Positions 1 to 8,353 of a stretch of 64,000 bases of DNA are shown piece after piece; position 1 is the stretch's first letter, and each line of letters begins with the position of its first letter. Origin of the DNA: a virus (Duplodnaviria; Caudoviricetes); IMG/VR virus record IMGVR_UViG_3300046475_000120, positions 1,183-65,182 of that record; one strand, 5' to 3'. The notes below the pieces were generated by a model. It worked only from the letters and a program-made list of their open reading frames with translations. It ran no database searches and had not been told where the DNA came from. The position numbers were made by a program, and so were the translations under genes.

Positions 1-2
1 AC

Positions 3-2939
3 CTGTCGAAACAGGTGGGGGGCGACAAGGCGGCATCCGAACTGCTGGCCAAATACGGCATCCCGGGTGCCAAGTACGCCGACGCCATGAGCCGCGGCGC
101 CGACGACAAATCGTTCAACTATGTCATCTACCACGACGATGCGGTCAAGATGATGCCGGACGACTTTACGGCGCACGACATCGCCGGCGGCGCGCCGGAT
201 GCGCCAGCCGATGACCCCGGGCGCATCGAGGCGGCCCGTGCAAGCCTCGCGCGCGTGCTGAAAACGCCGGTCGACGCCATCAAATCGGCGGCGTTCAACG
301 TCAAGATGGCGGTCATGCCGATGGCGGCTGGCGATCCGCACGCGATGAAGATCGCCAAGGATTTCGCCAACGACACCCGTAAGGCCACGGCGCAGTGGGG
401 CGCGTTCGACAAAATACTAAAAGACAACTACAGCACCGAGCAGCTGGAGGCGATGTGGAAGGCGGCCGACGCCGAGAACGACCTGCGCAGGAGCGGCAAG
501 ACGTCGGATACCGAAGGCCTGAATTCCCTGCCGGCCGACCAGCGCGAGACGGTCGAGGTGCTGCACCAGTACGGCGAGGCGCTGTGGAAGAAGGCGCAGG
601 ACGCCGGCATGGTCGATGGTGAGGGTGTGGCCTACTGGACCCCGCGCATGGCTGCGCACATCGTTGCCGACGGCACGGCCGAGGGCGTCACGGCGCCGAA
701 CGGCGAGTTTTCCAAGGAAGCGCGCAACCTGTCTACCACCGCCAAGTCGATGAAGCACCGCGCCTACGAGACGACGGACGAATCGGAAGCGGCATTGAAG
801 GAAAAACTGGGCGACAGCGCGGCGTACGTGAAAAACATCCGCGTGATGCCGCTGGCGATGGCGCAGCTCGAGCGGGCGATTGCCGGGCGCACGCTGGTCA
901 ACCAGGTCAAGGCGCACGGTAAAGTAGTGGGCGACGACCTGATCTCCGACAACGGCGGCCCGAACTTCGTCACGATCGACCACCCGGCGCTGAAACAGTG
1001 GCGCCCGAAGGCCGACTGGCTGCCGGCCGACATGGACAAGCTCAGTTCGCCGAAGTACGAGATCAAACCGGACGGCGTCTACAAGAACGGCGACAAGCTC
1101 GCTTCCTACAAGGTCGGCGCTGACGGCCAGGTGCTGCACCTGCGCCCGGTGATGGACGAGACGGGCAAGCCGGTGATGCAGTCATCGCCCCTGTACGTCC
1201 GAAAAGACTTTGCCGGCCCGTTGAAGGCGGTGTTCACCAGCGAGCCGAACAAGGTCTACCAGTCGATGATGGAACTGAAAGGCGCGGTCACGTCGATGAT
1301 CATGATCTCGCCGCTGACGCACAACCTGGTTATCTGGGGCAAGGCGATGCCGACCATGATCTCGACCATGGGATGGCGCAACAACCTGAAAAACGCCGGC
1401 AGCCTCGGCCTGCATGCGTATTTCGTCGGCAACAACGCGCGCAACGACCATGCCCTGATGAGCGAACTGGTCGGCGCCGGCATGGTGCCGGTATCGGGCC
1501 GCGGCATGAACCCGGACATCCCGGCGATCGCCAACGGCATCGCGCCCGGGCGCAGCATGGCCGCCAAGGCAGTCGGCGCGGTGCTCGACATGGCCAGCCC
1601 GAAGGCGGGCGAGATGGGGAGAAAGGCGGTCGACAAGGCCGGTGAAGTCTGGCATGAAAAACTGCTGTGGGACCGCGTGGCCGACATGCAGGCCGGCATG
1701 GCGGTGATGATGCGCGCGAGCCTGATGGACAAGGGGATCGACCAGTACACCGCGAACCGCATCGCCACCCACTTCGCCAACCGCTACGCCGGCATGATCC
1801 CGAAGGAGGCGATGAGCGAGGGCGCGCACATGCTGCTGAACCTGTCTCTGTTTTCGAAATCGTTCACCATGACCAACCTCGGCGCCTACAAGGACCTGAT
1901 CCACGGCCTGCCGGGCGACGTCCAGGCGCAGATCAAGATCCATGCCACCGCCGTACAGCGCCAGCTCGGGCGCGACGAGGTGGCGGCGTCGCGGGCCGGC
2001 GACCAGGCGCTCGCCACCGCCCAGCGCAGCGCGCGCGCCAAGGCGGCGATGGTGCTCGCGCTCGACATTGGCGCCATGACGACGATCGCCTCGATGACGC
2101 AGGCGCTGGTGCAGGGGCAAGGCTGGAACCAGATCAGCGACGATTTCAAGGAGCGCCTGAAAAAGCTCGGCATCAAGGGCAAGAACGATCCGCTGTCAGT
2201 GATCGGCCACCCGATCGACTCGCTGGCCTCGCTGTCGCAGACGGCCGACAACCCGCACGGCAAGGAAGACCGCGTGCGAATCGGCGTCGACGAGCACGGC
2301 AACTCCTACTATGCGCGCCTGCCGGTCGGCAAGGTCGGCGAGGAACTGAAACAGTATTCGAGCCCTGGCAGCGCGTTGCACCTGCTGCACAACAAGATGA
2401 GCACTTTTGTAAAACCGCTTGCCGATATCGCCAACAACCAGGATTTTTCCGGCCACAGCATCTACCAGCCGGGCGAGAACATGGTCAAACAGATCGCCGC
2501 GATGGCGTCCTACTGGGTGAAATCGCAGTTCCCGGTAGAGGAAATGTCATCGGCCGGCCACCTGCTCGACGGCACGGCCGACAAGATGGACAAGGCCAAG
2601 CTGCTCGGCATGGCGACCGGCCTGTCGGTGTCGAAAGTGACGGGCGGCGACGCGGTAGCCGAAATGCGCTGGCAGAGCCACGAGCACTCGGTGGCAATCC
2701 GCGACGTGCTGCCGCAGGTGCAGGAAGCGATGCGCCGCGGCGACGACGACAAGGCCGAAAAGATCATGGAAGACGCCGGCGCGACGCCGCAGGAAATCAA
2801 GTCGGCCATGAACAAGATCGACAACCCGGACCGCATCTCGCGCCAGTCGCAGCGCAATTTCGAGAAGCACGCGAGCGAAGAACAGAGCGCGCGATTGCAG
2901 AAACTGATCGACCGCCAGGACCAGGACGCTACCCGGTAA
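3..2939 (+). CDS. C-terminal part of a giant polyvalent internal virion protein (5'-truncated by the window edge)
   Basis: Frame is open from base 3; motif ASELLAKYGIPGAKYADAMSRG..NYVIYHDD recurs in large polyvalent phage proteins; directly followed by the lysis genes as in Bcep22-like phages. Confidence 0.75.
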   Translation: MSKQVGGDKAASELLAKYGIPGAKYADAMSRGADDKSFNYVIYHDDAVKMMPDDFTAHDIAGGAPDAPADDPGRIEAARASLARVLKTPVDAIKSAAFNVKMAVMPMAAGDPHAMKIAKDFANDTRKATAQWGAFDKILKDNYSTEQLEAMWKAADAENDLRRSGKTSDTEGLNSLPADQRETVEVLHQYGEALWKKAQDAGMVDGEGVAYWTPRMAAHIVADGTAEGVTAPNGEFSKEARNLSTTAKSMKHRAYETTDESEAALKEKLGDSAAYVKNIRVMPLAMAQLERAIAGRTLVNQVKAHGKVVGDDLISDNGGPNFVTIDHPALKQWRPKADWLPADMDKLSSPKYEIKPDGVYKNGDKLASYKVGADGQVLHLRPVMDETGKPVMQSSPLYVRKDFAGPLKAVFTSEPNKVYQSMMELKGAVTSMIMISPLTHNLVIWGKAMPTMISTMGWRNNLKNAGSLGLHAYFVGNNARNDHALMSELVGAGMVPVSGRGMNPDIPAIANGIAPGRSMAAKAVGAVLDMASPKAGEMGRKAVDKAGEVWHEKLLWDRVADMQAGMAVMMRASLMDKGIDQYTANRIATHFANRYAGMIPKEAMSEGAHMLLNLSLFSKSFTMTNLGAYKDLIHGLPGDVQAQIKIHATAVQRQLGRDEVAASRAGDQALATAQRSARAKAAMVLALDIGAMTTIASMTQALVQGQGWNQISDDFKERLKKLGIKGKNDPLSVIGHPIDSLASLSQTADNPHGKEDRVRIGVDEHGNSYYARLPVGKVGEELKQYSSPGSALHLLHNKMSTFVKPLADIANNQDFSGHSIYQPGENMVKQIAAMASYWVKSQFPVEEMSSAGHLLDGTADKMDKAKLLGMATGLSVSKVTGGDAVAEMRWQSHEHSVAIRDVLPQVQEAMRRGDDDKAEKIMEDAGATPQEIKSAMNKIDNPDRISRQSQRNFEKHASEEQSARLQKLIDRQDQDATR

Positions 2940-2947
2940 CCATTCGC

Positions 2948-2981
2948 GCCGGCGGCCAAGCCAACGCCGCCGGCCCCCTTT
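2948..2981 (+). terminator. GC-rich hairpin after the giant gene, possible terminator
   Basis: GCCGGCGGC (2948-2956) pairs with GCCGCCGGC (2966-2974); the U tract is weak. Confidence 0.4.
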
Positions 2982-3088
2982 AATAACCCGCCTGATTGCG
3001 GGCAGCAAAAGAAACAGGAGCAATTGTGATGCAATCAGAAACCTTCCACCGCCCATCGTTGCGCGCAACTGTAAATTCTCTGCGGCAA

Positions 3089-3136
3089 AATATTGGTATC
3101 AAAAGCGAGCCGAAATCGCTAGAATCCAACCATTCT
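3089..3136 (+). promoter_or_regulatory. Putative late promoter motif, copy A (lysis operon)
   Basis: AATATTGGT..AAAGCGAGCCGAAATCGCTAGAATCCAACCATTC; aligns with copies at 46867 and 59832. Confidence 0.65.
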
Positions 3137-3184
3137 GTAAATCATCACCCGCTTCGCTGCGGGGTAGTCAAAAGGGAAACCGAT

Positions 3185-3538
3185 ATGGCGACATCGCCAC
3201 GCCGCCGAGCTACCGTCGCACCGAGAAAGCAGTCCTTTCTCGACAGCATCAACTCGAACTTCATGCTGGTGTCGACGCTGGTGACCCTGTTGGTGAGCAT
3301 GGGGATGATCTACCAGCAATTCACCGAAGTTCGCAAGAACCAGGAAGTGCAAAGCGTCGAGCAGAAATCGGTCAATGCGCGCCTAACCGAGATCAGCAAC
3401 AAGCAGATCGGCGGCTTGCAGGACATCGCGGCGCTGAAAACGAATGTGCAGGGCATCGGTGAGAAGGTGCAGGCGATCGACGGGCGCGTTCTGGTGATCG
3501 AGCGGACCTTTATTGAGCCGGCCAAAAAGATGAGGTAA
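3185..3538 (+). CDS. Single-TM coiled-coil protein, holin/antiholin candidate
   Basis: RBS AAGGGA; basic N-terminus, TM FMLVSTLVTLLVSMGMIY, heptad-rich C-terminus; immediately upstream of the endolysin. Confidence 0.6.
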   Translation: MATSPRRRATVAPRKQSFLDSINSNFMLVSTLVTLLVSMGMIYQQFTEVRKNQEVQSVEQKSVNARLTEISNKQIGGLQDIAALKTNVQGIGEKVQAIDGRVLVIERTFIEPAKKMR

Positions 3539-3541
3539 GCC

Positions 3542-4057
3542 ATGACGCTCGACCAGTTGATCCAGATCATGCCGTATGCGCGAGCGCGAGCGCCATTGTT
3601 CATCGACGGCATCAATACGGCCATGGATGAATTCGAGATCAACACGCCGGCGCGCCAGGCATCATTCCTTGCCCAGATCGGCCACGAGTCGGGCCAGCTG
3701 CGCTATGTGCAGGAGCTGGCCAGCGGCGCCGCCTACGAGGGCCGCGCCGACCTCGGCAATACCCGCCCGGGCGACGGCGTGCGCTACAAGGGCCGCGGCC
3801 TGATCCAGATTACCGGGCGCGCCAACTATGCCGCCTGCGGCGCCGCGCTCGGACTCGACCTGATCAGCCACCCGGAACTGCTCGAACAGCCGGTCAACGC
3901 CTGCCGCTCGGCCGGCTGGTTCTGGGACGTCAAGAAGCTTAATGTCTGGGCCGATCTCGGCGACCAGGAAAAGGTCACGCGCCGTATCAACGGCGGTATC
4001 AATGGCCTGGCCGACCGGCTGGCGCTGTTCGACGTCGCACAGCAGGTGCTGGCATGA
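3542..4057 (+). CDS. Endolysin, glycoside hydrolase family 19
   Basis: FLAQIGHESG, YEGRADLGN, YKGRGLIQITGRANY, TRRINGG motifs. Confidence 0.95.
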   Translation: MTLDQLIQIMPYARARAPLFIDGINTAMDEFEINTPARQASFLAQIGHESGQLRYVQELASGAAYEGRADLGNTRPGDGVRYKGRGLIQITGRANYAACGAALGLDLISHPELLEQPVNACRSAGWFWDVKKLNVWADLGDQEKVTRRINGGINGLADRLALFDVAQQVLA

Positions 4058-4308
4058 AGGCAATGATCAAGATGATGATGACCGGGCCCGACGGCGAAAC
4101 GTTCGATCCGGCCCGCGTGATCGGCTATGGAACGGCAGTGGCCGGCGTCGGCGTGTTCCTCTACAACTCGGTGGCGGCCGTCATTCATACCCATACCTTC
4201 GATCCGCAAGCCTACGGGGCCGGTTTCGCGGCCCTGTGCGGCGGCGTGATGATGATCGGCATGGGTGTCGGCGCCAAGGGCCACACCGAACCGCCGGCGC
4301 CCCCATGA
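4054..4308 (+). CDS. Two-TM holin candidate
   Basis: 84 aa, two hydrophobic helices, ATGA overlap with the endolysin stop. Confidence 0.6.
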   Translation: MKAMIKMMMTGPDGETFDPARVIGYGTAVAGVGVFLYNSVAAVIHTHTFDPQAYGAGFAALCGGVMMIGMGVGAKGHTEPPAPP

Positions 4309-4424
4309 AAATCCTGATTTTCACTTGCGCGTACGTGCTCGGCATCCTGTCGGGCATCGGCTTCTGTCTATTCGCGGCATCGCGGTGGCTGCCGAAGCCT
4401 ACGAATATTGGCGGCAAGTCATGA
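4305..4424 (+). CDS. 39-aa single-TM peptide in the lysis cassette
   Basis: MKILIFTCAYVLGILSGIGFCLFAASRW; ATGA overlaps at both ends (translational coupling). Confidence 0.55.
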   Translation: MKILIFTCAYVLGILSGIGFCLFAASRWLPKPTNIGGKS

Positions 4425-4939
4425 TGGCCGGCCTGCTGCTGTTCTTCGGGCGCTATAAGCTGGTGCTCGAGATCGCCATCATCGGCGCTCTTGTCGCGTT
4501 CGGCGTGGTCCAGGTGCACCGCTTCCTCGAGCACGAGCGCGACATCGGTCGCACCGAAGTGCAAGCCAAGTGGGACAATCAGACCGCGCTCGACAAAGAT
4601 GCGAAAGCGGCGCGCGAGGCTGAATTCGCCGCACAACTGGCGCAAGCCACCAAGAACGGAGTTGAACGTGAAGCCACTATCCGCACTCTCGCTGGCGCTG
4701 CTGGCAATTCTGGTATCGGGCTGCGCGACGCCGTCGCCGCCGCCGTCAGCCGCAGCATGTCGAGCGATGCCGTCAATGCCCTACGTGACACCACCCGCGC
4801 CCTCGGGACAATCGTTACAGAGTGCGAAGGACGACGCCGAGCGGTGGCAGAAGATTTTGAGCGCGCCAACAGCGACAAGCAAACCCTGATGGATGCCTGG
4901 CCGCGCAACCCCGACCCGACAACGAAAGCGAAACAATGA
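4421..4939 (+). CDS. i-spanin (Rz-like)
   Basis: N-terminal TM followed by an Ala-rich coiled coil; follows the endolysin and contains an embedded lipoprotein gene. Confidence 0.85.
   Translation: MMAGLLLFFGRYKLVLEIAIIGALVAFGVVQVHRFLEHERDIGRTEVQAKWDNQTALDKDAKAAREAEFAAQLAQATKNGVEREATIRTLAGAAGNSGIGLRDAVAAAVSRSMSSDAVNALRDTTRALGTIVTECEGRRRAVAEDFERANSDKQTLMDAWPRNPDPTTKAKQ
4668..4889 (+). CDS. o-spanin lipoprotein (Rz1-like), embedded in the i-spanin gene
   Basis: GGAG RBS then GTG; signal peptide KPLSALSLALLAILVSG-C lipobox; Pro-rich mature part. Confidence 0.85.
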   Translation: MKPLSALSLALLAILVSGCATPSPPPSAAACRAMPSMPYVTPPAPSGQSLQSAKDDAERWQKILSAPTATSKP

Positions 4940-7470
4940 CCGCACCAGCAGACAACTATACGGCCGCCAGCGGCCAGCACATCTACGGAGGGCGCGCCGC
5001 GCCGGGCAGTAGCGGCTCCTACGGATGGGCATCGACCCTGTCGGACAACACCATGGCGGTAGTCGGTACAACGACGTTCGCCAGCTGGGCCCAGGCCAAC
5101 CTGCCTGCCGGCGCTTACCAGGGTACCAACCCGTTCGGCGCCATGGTCGACGCCTACAATGACCCGGCGTTTAATGACGTCACCGGCGAGCAGATTTATT
5201 ATGGCGGCGGCCACGGCGACGGCACCTGCAATGCCGTCATCAGGCACGCGCACGCGACCATGGGCTTTGCGGTTGCCTGCCTGCCGACGCCGCCAGCGAA
5301 ATACCCGCCAGTTTATGTCGGCTCGGGTGGACAACCGGGGCCGGTGACCTATCCGTCCGGCGCGCTCGGCAACGGCTTCTTCCGCGATGACCTGACCGAC
5401 CCGGCCGACGTTGCATACAACACGCCACGCACCCGCGCGTCTACCCACATGTACGCTGCCGCCTGCATGCGCAACGGCGTCGTCCATTATTTTTACCTGA
5501 CGTACGGCGAGTTCGATACCAATCTCGGCATCTGGCGCAACAGCAACTCGTTCAGCTTCGGCGCCCAGCTGATCGCGTTCCGTCCGCAATACGTCAATAC
5601 CAGCGATCCATTGTCATACATGCTGCAACAGGGCACCAGCGCGCTGTACGACAAGGTCACTGACCGCTTTTATGTCACGCTCGTTCCAGGCGACTCGGGC
5701 GGCGGCTGGCGCAGCGCCATCATGACGATCCGGGCCGGCGCGACCGCCGGCGCCAACCCGGTCATCGAGACGATTACCGAGAGCAACGACACCACCTTCG
5801 GGATTATTCTCGAAAGTTCCAACCTGTGCATGGTCGGGCGCAAAATCTTCCTGTTTGGACACCTGAGCGCCGACCGCGGCCTGATGAACCAGGGCATCGT
5901 GTTCAACATGGATACCAAGGCGATGCAGGCGTTTACCATCGTCGGAGATACCACCGGCTCGCGCTACATACCGAACAACAACCAGGAAACGATCCCTTCC
6001 TGGTTCGATGGCACCGTCATCAACCGCTGGAACTACACGCCGACCGAGGTGAACAAGGTCTACAGCGTCAATCCGATTTCCGAGGGCGGCGCCGGCACGC
6101 TGGCCGACCCGCTGCGCTTCCGCCAGACCGCGCGCCCGATCACCGGCGCCATCCCGTCCGCCGCCAACACGACCTATATCTATTCGCGCATGGTGTACAA
6201 CGCCACCGCCAATGCCGCCATCCTGTTGCCGAAATCGACGCAGCTGGCGGTGGCCATCCGCATGAGCAAGACGGCGCCGGCCATCCAGACCGCATTAATC
6301 GGTGATTCGCTCACCGACAAGAATCTCAACCTGAACTGGTCGCCGTTCCAGTGGATCAACGGTCTCGCCGGCGGCGTGCTGCAACTTGTGGCTAACGCCG
6401 GCGTGTCGGGAGACACGGTCGCCAACATGATCGCGCGGGTTGACAATGCCTATACCAACGCCAGTCCGGGATTGGCGGGAATCGGCGCGCTCGGGCGCAT
6501 CTTTGTTCGCGCCGGAACCAATAACGCGCGCGCCGGCACGTCGATCACCGACCTGGCGGCAGGCTATACCACGCTGCTCAACAAATTGGCCACCTATGCC
6601 AACCGCGTCGTCATCCTGTCGGTGCCACCGATCGGTCCGACCGAATCGGGCTATGCCGCCAAGAATGCGCTGACCCAGGATTACAACACCTGGCTGGCAT
6701 CGTTTGCCGCCGCCAACCCGAACCAGTTCCGTTTCATCAACGACTCGGGCAACCTGCGCGCCTCTGATGGCTCGCAGCTGCCGGGGTTCTTCCTGCCCGA
6801 TGGCGTTCACAATGCCGGCGCCGCGACCGTACGCGAAGGCATCGACGGCTATGCCGCCCTGGCCGCGTCGCTGGCAAGCTATGGCTATGCGCGCGCCACC
6901 CCGGATACCAGCCTCGCCGAGTGGTTCGGCAACCCGTCGTTCGCCGGTACCGGTGGCACTGCCGGCAGCGGCTTTGCCGGACCGGTCGTGACCGGACTGA
7001 CCATCGGCAGTTACGGATCCGGCTTTGCCGGCGCCCTTTCGATCGAGGCGGCCAGCGCCGGCGACCCGGATCAGACCCCATGGCAGGTAGTGACGCCGAC
7101 CCAGGTATCGCATACCGGCGCCGGCGAGGCGCTTCGCATCAGTGCACCGCTGGCCGGCCGCACCATCACTACCGCCGATCCGGCCGCATTCGAGATGATG
7201 GTAGAGATCGACCTGCGCGGCTTCGACACGACGTATTTTACCTCCATGAAACTGTATGTGCAGGGCAGCGCGGCCGCCCTGTCGGACGACCTGGAACTGA
7301 AACTCGGCGGCGGCCCGCTGACGCAGAAGGTCATGCTGCGCACCAAGATGCCGCGCCCGAACGCGACCGCCAGCACCTCGGCGACGCTGTTCTTCGACTT
7401 GCCATGTGCCGCCAGTTTTGCCGGCGCAATGGGCAACTTCCGCTTCCGCCATATTTCGATCCGGGGCTGA
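4936..7470 (+). CDS. 844-aa multidomain protein: beta-propeller-like region + SGNH/GDSL esterase + C-terminal beta-sandwich; probable virion fibre/depolymerase
   Basis: SGNH blocks IGDSLT, GVSGDT, AGTNN, PDGVH; YGGGHGDG propeller-type motif near the N-terminus; no signal peptide. Confidence 0.65.
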   Translation: MTAPADNYTAASGQHIYGGRAAPGSSGSYGWASTLSDNTMAVVGTTTFASWAQANLPAGAYQGTNPFGAMVDAYNDPAFNDVTGEQIYYGGGHGDGTCNAVIRHAHATMGFAVACLPTPPAKYPPVYVGSGGQPGPVTYPSGALGNGFFRDDLTDPADVAYNTPRTRASTHMYAAACMRNGVVHYFYLTYGEFDTNLGIWRNSNSFSFGAQLIAFRPQYVNTSDPLSYMLQQGTSALYDKVTDRFYVTLVPGDSGGGWRSAIMTIRAGATAGANPVIETITESNDTTFGIILESSNLCMVGRKIFLFGHLSADRGLMNQGIVFNMDTKAMQAFTIVGDTTGSRYIPNNNQETIPSWFDGTVINRWNYTPTEVNKVYSVNPISEGGAGTLADPLRFRQTARPITGAIPSAANTTYIYSRMVYNATANAAILLPKSTQLAVAIRMSKTAPAIQTALIGDSLTDKNLNLNWSPFQWINGLAGGVLQLVANAGVSGDTVANMIARVDNAYTNASPGLAGIGALGRIFVRAGTNNARAGTSITDLAAGYTTLLNKLATYANRVVILSVPPIGPTESGYAAKNALTQDYNTWLASFAAANPNQFRFINDSGNLRASDGSQLPGFFLPDGVHNAGAATVREGIDGYAALAASLASYGYARATPDTSLAEWFGNPSFAGTGGTAGSGFAGPVVTGLTIGSYGSGFAGALSIEAASAGDPDQTPWQVVTPTQVSHTGAGEALRISAPLAGRTITTADPAAFEMMVEIDLRGFDTTYFTSMKLYVQGSAAALSDDLELKLGGGPLTQKVMLRTKMPRPNATASTSATLFFDLPCAASFAGAMGNFRFRHISIRG

Positions 7471-7473
7471 TCA

Positions 7474-7971
7474 ATGTCCAACGAACGCGCCCTCGGCAAC
7501 CTTTACCTGCGCAGCAACATCCACGCGATGGGTGGTCATGTGCCGCCCCATACGCATAACTTCCCGCACGCTACCTTCATCTTCAAGGACTGGTGGCTGG
7601 TGCGTGGCGCCGACCACAACGGCAACCCGTTCGTCGCGCAGTTCTGCTCCCCCGAGTTCGACGAATTGCGTGCGATGTACGCAAAATATGAGCCGGAAAA
7701 GCTTACGCGCCCTGTTCGCTTTGCCGACGTCATCGTCAACGGCATGCCGCAGTTCGTCGTCAAGTTTATTGGCGCGTACGACGCTGTTCCAGACGGCGCC
7801 GAAGAAATCGTGTTCGACCCGATTGGTTATGCCGTTCTGATTACCGCCGAGGCTCAGCATGAACTGCTCTGCCTCGGCAATTCCGGAAACGCCGGCTGCG
7901 TCTACGCCCACCGCACGCCGCAGGGAGACATCGTGCAGGAATTTACCGGGTGGGAGAACGCCTATGTGTAA
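7474..7971 (+). CDS. Cupin-like protein
   Basis: PPHTHNFPH and AQHELL..YAHR metal-binding His pattern. Confidence 0.55.
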   Translation: MSNERALGNLYLRSNIHAMGGHVPPHTHNFPHATFIFKDWWLVRGADHNGNPFVAQFCSPEFDELRAMYAKYEPEKLTRPVRFADVIVNGMPQFVVKFIGAYDAVPDGAEEIVFDPIGYAVLITAEAQHELLCLGNSGNAGCVYAHRTPQGDIVQEFTGWENAYV

Positions 7972-8350
7972 CGTCCTCGTCTTCATCAAGCCGGACAACG
8001 AGCACGACGACCCGAAACAGGACTGGTCGAAGTACAAGGCCGGCGACGTCGTCGATATCGTCGAAAAAGACAAACTTCACTGGGGCGCCGCCGTCGAAGG
8101 GCCTGCCTCGCTCGGCTGGTGGCGCGCCGTCAGCGTGCCGGGCGTGCGCAAGGAAAAACTGGCGCACCTGCTCGAATCCGGCGCGTTGCCGCTCGTCAGC
8201 CTGATGCCGCTCAGCGCCGCGGAAGTAAAACACCAGAAACGGCTCTGGGCACTCGACCTGGCGCAGTTGAAAGCGTCGATGACGCTCGACGAACTGCTCG
8301 CCGCATCCTACCAAAAACCCCTACAACCCAACCTCAGCGTGATCGGATAA
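7964..8350 (+). CDS. Hypothetical protein (128 aa)
   Basis: GGGAG RBS, high GC3, coupled to the upstream gene. Confidence 0.7.
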   Translation: MCNVLVFIKPDNEHDDPKQDWSKYKAGDVVDIVEKDKLHWGAAVEGPASLGWWRAVSVPGVRKEKLAHLLESGALPLVSLMPLSAAEVKHQKRLWALDLAQLKASMTLDELLAASYQKPLQPNLSVIG

Positions 8351-8353
8351 GAC

